64,000 bases of DNA, from positions 384,001 through 448,000 of the forward strand of contig CAWBOC010000005.1 of NCBI GenBank assembly GCA_963790305.1. Reading direction: 5' to 3'. The stretch comes from an uncultured Gemmatimonadaceae bacterium (GTDB lineage: Bacteria > Gemmatimonadota > Gemmatimonadetes > Gemmatimonadales > Gemmatimonadaceae). Positions within the stretch are counted from its first letter, which is position 1, and each line of letters opens with the position of its first letter. The notes under the pieces are model-generated. The model was not told the origin of the DNA. It was given only the letters and a program-made list of their open reading frames with translations, and did not search any database. Below, piece after piece: positions 9,208-16,707 of the stretch. A program made the position numbers and the translations under genes.

Positions 9208-10965
9208 ATGAACCACATGGCTCCCGCCTCCCCCTGGATGCTCCGTCGGTCACCTCCACGTCTATCATCGCTTGCCCTGCTTGCTGCGCAGCTGCTCGGC
9301 TTGGCTGGGCTATATGCAGCGGATCGTGCCATCACTCATGGTGCTCGAACACGGGTCGAGCTCGACGCAGCTGAGACAGCTGCATTCGCCGAGGGATTGC
9401 TGGCATCACATGTCCAGACTCTCCGGGTAATGCGTGGAGTACTTGGCGACAGCGCGGGCCCACCCTACGAGAGAAGAATCTCAACCCTGGTCGAAGACCT
9501 TGTGGAAGGGCGCCTTCTGTTCAGGCGTGTGTGGATGTCTGATTCCGCTGGGCTGATACGCTACGAACGCCTCTTCGGTAGTCCTGGACCACTGCTTGGT
9601 CCCGGCCTCGATATCGACACGGCAACCGCGCTGCAATTGCGGATGACTACGGCCATCGTACGACAAACACGCGAGCCGGCGATCTCTACCGCAGGTCGGA
9701 TCTTGACGGGAGAGAAAGGGTTCAGCGTCGTTGTCCCCCTCGTCGTTAGTGAACGCATTGCGGGGTTTGCCGGCGGCACGCTCACCGCTGAGAGCCTCTT
9801 GCGCGAGCTTGCACGCCGGCGCCCCCTGGAGGGAGCTGCCGTCGTGATTGTGGCGAGGGAAGACACTGTCGCCGCACAGAATTCGGACGCCGCACGTGAG
9901 CGAACGCACTACGTCGCTACCAACATGTTTCACGTTCCTGGCGGAGCTGAATGGCAGGTGTCGGTCGCGCGCCCAGCACGGGACATGCTGGCCCGTGTCG
10001 CGATGTGGGCGATCGGCTTGGCAATGATGGGCGCTTTGAGTCTTGCGCTCATTCGGGAGCGTCGAGAGGGACGCCGAGTTGCTGAACGCTCGACAGAGCT
10101 CGAGCGCCTATCGACGGAGCTATTGCGTGCGAATCGCGCGAAGAGCGAGTTTCTCGCGAACGTTTCGCACGAGCTCCGTACGCCACTGAACGCGATCGTC
10201 GGTTTTGTCGATCTCTTACGCGATGGCGTCTATGGCGAGCTCGCACCCCGGCAGGTGAACCCAGTCGACCGAATTGCGGCATCGGCGGCGCATCTGCGGC
10301 ATCTCGTGGATCAAATCCTCGACATTGCCAAGATGGCGGCGGGCCGGATGGAGATGCATCCGGAGCCCGTTGACCTTCGACCGTTCGTTATTGATGTGGC
10401 GAGTGAGTTCGAGGCACTTATCGCTGATCGAGGCTTGAACCTCTCGCTCGCCATCGGAGGATCATTGCCACGTGTTCGCACCGACCCGACGCACCTTCGA
10501 CAGATCATCGTGAATTTGCTTGGTAATGCCGTGAAGTACACGCCGACAGGAGGCATCGCGGTGCGAGCACGAGTCATTGATGAGCGGAGCGCCGGTCATG
10601 TCGTTGGTGCACCGTCCCTAGTGGGAGCCCCAAAGGGTGGGCAGGCATGGATTGCTCTTCAGATTGCGGACTCGGGTATCGGCATCGCGTCCGCAGATCT
10701 CGTCCGTGTGTTCGAGGAGTTCGAGCAAGTCAATGCCGGTCCGCGTGGTGACTCAATGCAACGTGGCACAGGGCTTGGTCTCCCCATCTCTCGTCGCCTC
10801 GCCCGGTTGCTGGGCGGGGACATCACTGTCGAGAGCGAGCTTGGGAAAGGCTCGACGTTTACGGTGTGGGTCCCTGTTGATGAATCCGAAATGGGAGCCA
10901 GAACCGGGGCGCAGACTCCCACCGTTCCTGCCGATCCTGTGACGACTGGGGGAGCAGGCCGTTAG
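9208..10965 (+). CDS. membrane sensor histidine kinase
   Basis: Two TMs flanking an extracytoplasmic domain; AKSEFLANVSHELRTPL, NLLGNAVKYT, DSGIGI, GTGLGL. Confidence 0.95.
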   Translation: MNHMAPASPWMLRRSPPRLSSLALLAAQLLGLAGLYAADRAITHGARTRVELDAAETAAFAEGLLASHVQTLRVMRGVLGDSAGPPYERRISTLVEDLVEGRLLFRRVWMSDSAGLIRYERLFGSPGPLLGPGLDIDTATALQLRMTTAIVRQTREPAISTAGRILTGEKGFSVVVPLVVSERIAGFAGGTLTAESLLRELARRRPLEGAAVVIVAREDTVAAQNSDAARERTHYVATNMFHVPGGAEWQVSVARPARDMLARVAMWAIGLAMMGALSLALIRERREGRRVAERSTELERLSTELLRANRAKSEFLANVSHELRTPLNAIVGFVDLLRDGVYGELAPRQVNPVDRIAASAAHLRHLVDQILDIAKMAAGRMEMHPEPVDLRPFVIDVASEFEALIADRGLNLSLAIGGSLPRVRTDPTHLRQIIVNLLGNAVKYTPTGGIAVRARVIDERSAGHVVGAPSLVGAPKGGQAWIALQIADSGIGIASADLVRVFEEFEQVNAGPRGDSMQRGTGLGLPISRRLARLLGGDITVESELGKGSTFTVWVPVDESEMGARTGAQTPTVPADPVTTGGAGR

Positions 10966-11885
10966 GCATCGGCGGGTCGGCCGAACAAACCCTTCACCTT
11001 TCCCAGCAGCCCCTCGCGCTTGGGCGTTGGGGCTGGGGGCTCGAGGAGCGCAGCACGTAGCTCCTGAGCCATTGTCAGGACATCGCTATAGCGCCGTGTC
11101 GGGTCACGCGACAGGGATCGCATGACGACCCCTTCAGTGCGACCGTCAAAGGAGAGATCGCCGCGTGCCGAATTCAGCGGAATGGGAGGCTGGCTCAGCA
11201 GTTGAGTGAAGAGCTCGCGTTGAGTGCGGCCGAGATAGGGGTGAGCCCCGGTCAGGAGATAGTAGGCGATTGTGCCAAGGCTGTATTGGTCAGCGGCTGC
11301 GGTGACCAATTCGCCGGAAAGCGCTTCCGGCGCTACGTACATCAGGGTCCCGACGAAGAAGCCGGCACGCGTGAGCCTCTCCTCGGGCGAAAGCGTCGAC
11401 TCCGCGGCGATGCCGAAATCGAGGAGTTTTACGTGTTTGCTCCCCGGATCGTACATCACATTGTCAGGCTTTAGATCCCGATGGATGATGCCGGCCGTGT
11501 GGGCGGCATTTACCGCATCGGCGATCTGACACACGATCTCAGCGACTTCCTCAGGGGTGAGCGGCGTATTACGCTTCGCATAGCGCTCCAACAGCTCGCC
11601 CAACGCCCATTCGATTGCCAGGAAGTGGAGCCCCGGACGCGCCTCACCGATCTCGATCGTCCGGACGACGTTCGGGTGGAGAACCCGGGTGCCGTACGAG
11701 GCTTCACGAAGAAATCGCGCGACAGCAGTCCGATCGTCGCGCAGCTTTTCCCGCAGAACCTTAATTGCAACCGCGCCGTGCTTGGGATGCTCGGCGCGGT
11801 AGACAACCGCGGTGCCGCCCTCACCGACTTTCTCGCGAATGGCGTAACCGGCGAGAGTCGTTCCGGAGAAGTCCTCGCGCGTCAC
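10962..11885 (-). CDS. soluble Hanks-type Ser/Thr protein kinase
   Basis: GEGGTAVV, VAIK, HRDLKPDN, DFG, APE, DQYSLG; start GTG 11885 or TTG 11921. Confidence 0.95.
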   Translation of the reverse strand: MTREDFSGTTLAGYAIREKVGEGGTAVVYRAEHPKHGAVAIKVLREKLRDDRTAVARFLREASYGTRVLHPNVVRTIEIGEARPGLHFLAIEWALGELLERYAKRNTPLTPEEVAEIVCQIADAVNAAHTAGIIHRDLKPDNVMYDPGSKHVKLLDFGIAAESTLSPEERLTRAGFFVGTLMYVAPEALSGELVTAAADQYSLGTIAYYLLTGAHPYLGRTQRELFTQLLSQPPIPLNSARGDLSFDGRTEGVVMRSLSRDPTRRYSDVLTMAQELRAALLEPPAPTPKREGLLGKVKGLFGRPADA

Positions 11886-11957
11886 GTCGGCGAAGCTAAC
11901 CCGCTCGTAGGGACCCAGCAAGCATCACAGGTCACGTCCAGCATGCCATCCTCGAAG

Positions 11958-13370
11958 ATGTTCAGCCCTCGCATTGTCTCTCCGTCACGGCACGGTCGCG
12001 TGGCGATGATCATGACTTGTGTCCTCAGTGTCACTATCGGTTGTCGGGGGCCACAGCCGACACCTGAGCCCGGAGCGCCGATCCAGCGCGAGCCCGTGGC
12101 TCGAGGTACGCCGTCGACGCTGCTCGATCCAACCGACCTGTATCAACGTAACGGGATGATCGCGCGGACTACCCCAATGGCGTTTGTTGGCTCCGTGCGG
12201 TTCTTGCCCACCAGCTCCACCGACTCGACGCTGGTGCTTGTTGCGCTCTCCATGCCCAATCGGTCGCTCACGTTCGCAGGTGCCGGTGATCGGCAGGAAG
12301 CGGGGTACACAGTGATTACGGAAGCACGCCAAGGCGGAGCGGTGGTGCAGCGGCGCGAGGCGCGGGAGACTGTGCGTGTTGCGAGCTTTCGTGAAACCAC
12401 GCGTGGCGACGAGAGCGTGATCTTCCAGCAGTTCATGACCCTGTCGCCAGGAGAGTACGAGCTGGCGGTCATTGTACGGGATGCCGGAAGCGCACGCAGT
12501 GGGGCGTATGAGCTCCCGTCTTCCGTGCCGCGGCTCGCCAGCAGTGCTGTTGCGGCACCCGTTGTCGCGTATGAAGCAACGCCACGGACGAATGCCGATT
12601 CGGTCCCGCACCTCATCGCTAACCCGCGTGCGACGATCGTCTTCGGACGGGACACAATCGTCCCGGTGTATGTGGAGCAGTCAATGCCCGCGGGAACAGC
12701 CTCCGAGGCGATGCTTTCGGTCCTCTCGGAAGAGGGCAATGTTCTCTGGAGCGACACGATTGCGCTACAATCCGGCGTTGGTGTCGCCGGTGGGCTCGGC
12801 CAGGTGCCAGCCACACGATTCGGGGTCGGGCATTTCTGGATAACCACCGCCCCTCTCAACGGCGCCGCACCCGCAGTTCGCGTCCCCTTGTTCATTAGCT
12901 TCGGTGACGAGTGGGGGATTGCTCCTCTCGAGGAGATGCTGAGCTACCTTCGATACTTCGCTGATGCCTCGCGCCTGCGTGCGCTCCAGGACGCCCTACC
13001 TGAAGCACGCGCCTCGGCATGGATGACGTTCTGGCGCGAGACAGACCCCGATCCCCAGACGACTGAGCACGAGGCGCTTCGCGACTATTTCCGGCGTCTC
13101 GTGACGGTGAATGAGCGGTTTCGCGAGGAGGCATCTGCTGGGTGGTTGACCGAGCGGGGCAAGGTATTCATCACCCTCGGTGAGCCCGACCAGATTCTGG
13201 AGCAGGGCGATGTCGGAATCGGGAATCGCGGACGGCTTCAGATTTGGCAGTATCTGCAGCACCGGACACAGTTCGTGTTCGTCGACCAGAGCGGATTTGG
13301 GCGGTGGCGACTGACGCCAGCCAGTGAGGCCGAGTTCGAGTCGATCGCCATGCGCGTGCGCCGTCGCTGA
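11958..13370 (+). CDS. GWxTD-domain lipoprotein
   Basis: FW...DPDP.T..HE...YF.R...NERF....GWLTERG.VFITLGEPD; lipobox TIG-C; start uncertain (11943-12012). Confidence 0.85.
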   Translation: MFSPRIVSPSRHGRVAMIMTCVLSVTIGCRGPQPTPEPGAPIQREPVARGTPSTLLDPTDLYQRNGMIARTTPMAFVGSVRFLPTSSTDSTLVLVALSMPNRSLTFAGAGDRQEAGYTVITEARQGGAVVQRREARETVRVASFRETTRGDESVIFQQFMTLSPGEYELAVIVRDAGSARSGAYELPSSVPRLASSAVAAPVVAYEATPRTNADSVPHLIANPRATIVFGRDTIVPVYVEQSMPAGTASEAMLSVLSEEGNVLWSDTIALQSGVGVAGGLGQVPATRFGVGHFWITTAPLNGAAPAVRVPLFISFGDEWGIAPLEEMLSYLRYFADASRLRALQDALPEARASAWMTFWRETDPDPQTTEHEALRDYFRRLVTVNERFREEASAGWLTERGKVFITLGEPDQILEQGDVGIGNRGRLQIWQYLQHRTQFVFVDQSGFGRWRLTPASEAEFESIAMRVRRR

Positions 13371-13401
13371 CCAACTCGATCGCGCAGAGCAAGGTCATCG
13401 C

Positions 13402-15687
13402 ATGGCGTCCATGCGACGCGTCATCGTTGGTACGCTCGTCGCTCTGGCGGTCGCCGGCTGTATGGAGCCGGTGCCCACACCGGCTGAGGACGGTAATGTC
13501 CCAACACCCGGGACACCATCAGACTCTGCGGTTGTAGCGGCGAATACTCACCTTGCTCGCGGCAGGCCCTGGTATGCATACCAGGCTCTGCGTCCCGCCC
13601 TCGCGGATTCCACGCGCCGCACGCCCTCGGTTGTCTTCCTCGCCGCGACAGCAGCGAGCAGGTGGGGAGGATGGCGTGAGGTCGAACGACTCCTCAGCGG
13701 AGCGGACTGGGCTGATTCGCTCTTCAACGGGGAAGGCCGTGTTCTCCTGATACGAGCGGCGCTGGAGCGCGACGCGGATTCTCTCGCCGCCGCGCGCGCG
13801 GCGCTGGCTGTGGAATTCGCACGGGACCGCACTGCTCGCGGAGAGCGTCTGGTACTGCTCGCACGAGCCCTCGATCGACGACACCGCCTCGACTCATCTC
13901 GCGCGACCTACCTGCGCGCTGCGGCGGACTTGCCCGACCTGCAGGACTGGCTCGTGCTGCGGGCTGCAGGAGTTACGCCTTTGCGTGCGCGCCGAGATTC
14001 GATCTACGAGCTTCTTTCCACCGACGCTGGCCGAGCGCGTGTTTCTCGTCTCGAGGCATCGACGCGTGAGCGGCATGGTGACATTGCGGGTGCTGCGAGC
14101 GCTTACGATCGCATGGGCGATTCGCTCTCGGCGATGCGCCTGCGACTTGCGCGCGCACGTGGGGCAACGCGTCTTGCCTTACGGCGTCGGCTCATGTCAA
14201 TCGTTCGTGCCGGCAACAGCTATGAGGCTCAGCGAGCCGTCGAGATCCTCGACGATGCAGGCGTTCGCCTCAGCCGCACTGAAGAGCTCACGGTCGCGCG
14301 AATGGCGGGCGCACGCGGTCTCTGGAGTCGCGCCGCGACCGCATACGGTCGTGCCCTGCGTCAGTCCGCGCTCAGCGCGGCGGACCGATACGCGTACGGG
14401 ATCGCGCTCATTCGAATCGGCCGCGACGGTAGCGCCGCCCGCATTCTGGCACGGATCCAGGCCCCGTCACCTCTCGTCCCCGCCGCATCCTATCAACGAG
14501 CGAGAGCACTTCTCGGGGCTCGGCAATCCCGTAGCGCTCGAACCGTCTTGCGCGAGCTCGTTCGTCGTCACCCGCGCGACACGCTTGCTGGAGCGGCGCT
14601 TGTCCTCCTCGCCGATCTCGCGATGGATGAACGGCGCGATGCAGATGCGCGGAGTGCGCTCAGGCAGGCATACACCAAGTTTCCCAGTAGCAGTCACGCG
14701 GCCCAGGCTCGCTTCCGCGCGGCTGTGCTCGCCTTTGCCGCCGGGCAGCATCGGACTGCCGCCAATGAGCTCGACTCGCTCCTCGCACTTCACCCGAGCG
14801 CGGATGACGGCATGGCTGCGCGCTATTGGATGGGCCGTGCGCTGCTTGCGATTGGTGATACCGTTACTGCCATGGCGCGATGGCGGACCGTCGCCGCTGA
14901 ATACCCGTTGTCGTACTACGGGATGCTCGCTGCCGAGCGGCTCGGTGAGCGGCCGTGGGCGCCAGAGCTCGTTCCGGATTCCTTCGAAGAAATCGAGGAT
15001 CTCACGGAGGCCATGGCTCGGGTCGACCACCTCGAGAAGCTTGGCATGGACAGCGAGGCGCGGGCCGAGCTGGAAGCCCTCGGCGACGCCGCTGATTCAA
15101 GCACGGCGCGGCTGCTCACGACTGCCTACCTGATGCGAGAACACGGACTCGTGGCGCGAGCGGTTCAACTCGGGTGGCGCGCGATCCGGGCCTCCCCATC
15201 AGCCGACGCGCGCGCGTACCGACTCGTGTATCCGATCGTACATCGTGAGGCGATCATTCTGGAGTCCCGGCGTCGCAACCTCGACCCGGCATTGGTCGCC
15301 GCGATCATACGTCAGGAATCGGGGTTCAACCCGCGGGCCACCTCGAGCGCAGGAGCACGAGGCCTCATGCAGATGATGCCGTCCGTCGGGCGCGCGGTGG
15401 CGAGAAGCGTCGATGTTCCGGAATGGCGTCCCGATCTGCTGTATCAGCCGGACATCAACCTGCAGCTTGGGATCAGGCACCTCGAAGCATTCATTTCCCG
15501 ATACGAAGCCCCATACGCCCTCGCGGCGTACAACGCCGGTGAATCACGTCTCGTACGATGGCTGCGGCGACCGGGCGCCCGGGATCCCGAGCTCTTCGTG
15601 GAACGGATTCCCTTTACCGAGACGCGCGATTACGTCCGAATCGTACTCCGCAATCGGGCCATGTATCGGGCGCTGTACCACTGGTGA
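13402..15687 (+). CDS. Slt-family lytic transglycosylase lipoprotein with TPR repeats
   Basis: Lipobox VAG-C; helical repeats; IRQESGF, GARGLMQMMP, AYNAG, IPFTETRDYV. Confidence 0.93.
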   Translation: MASMRRVIVGTLVALAVAGCMEPVPTPAEDGNVPTPGTPSDSAVVAANTHLARGRPWYAYQALRPALADSTRRTPSVVFLAATAASRWGGWREVERLLSGADWADSLFNGEGRVLLIRAALERDADSLAAARAALAVEFARDRTARGERLVLLARALDRRHRLDSSRATYLRAAADLPDLQDWLVLRAAGVTPLRARRDSIYELLSTDAGRARVSRLEASTRERHGDIAGAASAYDRMGDSLSAMRLRLARARGATRLALRRRLMSIVRAGNSYEAQRAVEILDDAGVRLSRTEELTVARMAGARGLWSRAATAYGRALRQSALSAADRYAYGIALIRIGRDGSAARILARIQAPSPLVPAASYQRARALLGARQSRSARTVLRELVRRHPRDTLAGAALVLLADLAMDERRDADARSALRQAYTKFPSSSHAAQARFRAAVLAFAAGQHRTAANELDSLLALHPSADDGMAARYWMGRALLAIGDTVTAMARWRTVAAEYPLSYYGMLAAERLGERPWAPELVPDSFEEIEDLTEAMARVDHLEKLGMDSEARAELEALGDAADSSTARLLTTAYLMREHGLVARAVQLGWRAIRASPSADARAYRLVYPIVHREAIILESRRRNLDPALVAAIIRQESGFNPRATSSAGARGLMQMMPSVGRAVARSVDVPEWRPDLLYQPDINLQLGIRHLEAFISRYEAPYALAAYNAGESRLVRWLRRPGARDPELFVERIPFTETRDYVRIVLRNRAMYRALYHW

Positions 15688-16322
15688 GCGTCGGCTCGAG
15701 CGCGGAGGACGCATTGCCCGCACCAGAGCCCAACGCCACGCTCTCTTTCCGACGGGAGCTCACCCGCAAAGCACTCCATCTGTTGGCGACGGTCATACCG
15801 GCAAGCTACGCCGCAGGTGTATCGAGGACGGTGGTGGTAGGAGTGCTGGTGTTTGCGCTAGCCGTGGCGCTGGCCGTCGAGATTGCCCGATACCGAAACC
15901 TCCGTGCCCGCACCGTATTCGACGCTGCTCTAGGTAGCCTGCTGCGTGAGCACGAGTGGCGCGGCCCGTCGGGTGCCACCTGGCTGATCCTTGCCCTTCT
16001 CGTTGCTGCGGTTCTCTTTCCCCGCGACGTTGCGATCGCCGCCATGTGCGCAGTTACGCTAGGCGATGCCGCCGCCGCGATCATCGGACGGGCGATCACG
16101 CGAGCAGCGGTGCACCGCAAGTCCTTCGGCGGAAGCGCAGCGTGCTTCGCGGCGAGCGCAGCCGGAGCGCACGCGATTGCTGGGTTCGCGTGGCGTGACG
16201 CGCTCATCGTCGGTGTTCTTGCCGCGGTTGCAGAGCGGCCGCGGCGTCCGCTGGATGATAATCTCCGCATCGTGATCGCGGTCGGATGCGGTATCCTGTT
16301 GTGGCGCATGGGGTTCTCTTGA
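15684..16322 (+). CDS. dolichol/phytol kinase-like (CTP_transf) membrane protein
   Basis: RELTRKALH, LREHE, GDAAAAIIGR, KSFGGS, DDN; GTGA overlap with the upstream gene. Confidence 0.85.
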   Translation: MSVGSSAEDALPAPEPNATLSFRRELTRKALHLLATVIPASYAAGVSRTVVVGVLVFALAVALAVEIARYRNLRARTVFDAALGSLLREHEWRGPSGATWLILALLVAAVLFPRDVAIAAMCAVTLGDAAAAIIGRAITRAAVHRKSFGGSAACFAASAAGAHAIAGFAWRDALIVGVLAAVAERPRRPLDDNLRIVIAVGCGILLWRMGFS

Positions 16323-16347
16323 CAAAATCTCAAGGTGCACATATATA
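16319..16347 (+). promoter_or_regulatory. sigma70-type promoter of cold-shock gene
   Basis: TTGACA-N17-TATATA. Confidence 0.7.
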
Positions 16348-16424
16348 AGGCCCGCGAGCCAACGCCGGCTCGCTCCGCCGCAGCGTGGCGACGGAACCGT
16401 ATCATCCCGCAGGAGGCAGCTCGA

Positions 16425-16625
16425 ATGGCCAGAGGGAAAGTCAAATGGTTCAATGACGCCAAAGGATATGGCTTCATTGAGCAGGAGAGTGGCGAAGACG
16501 TCTTCGTGCACTTTTCCGCGATCGCGATGGAGGGATTCAAGACTCTGTCGGAAGGGCAAGAGGTCGAGTTCGAGATTCGCACCGGAGAAAAAGGGCTGCA
16601 CGCCGCGAACGTGGTGCGAGTCTGA
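16425..16625 (+). CDS. cspA: cold-shock protein (CspA family)
   Basis: [15 protein letters not shown]...[18 protein letters not shown]; the paralog letter cannot be determined. Confidence 0.96.
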   Translation: MARGKVKWFNDAKGYGFIEQESGEDVFVHFSAIAMEGFKTLSEGQEVEFEIRTGEKGLHAANVVRV

Positions 16626-16660
16626 CACCCAGCCAGACTCTCGGCCGTTCAATGCTGTCT

Positions 16661-16693
16661 ACGCCTGCCGCCTTCGGCAGGCGTTGACGTTTT
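16661..16693 (+). terminator. intrinsic terminator after csp
   Basis: ACGCCTGCCG-cctt-CGGCAGGCGT followed by TGACGTTTT. Confidence 0.7.
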
Positions 16694-16707
16694 AGTAGCT
16701 TTCGGGG

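Noticed and set aside
9926..9941. TGTTTCACGT parS half-site in the histidine kinase gene
   Set aside because: Second half does not match; lies in coding sequence
11481..11942. N-terminal extension of the GWxTD ORF
   Set aside because: Antisense shadow of the Ser/Thr kinase; the signal peptide lies further downstream
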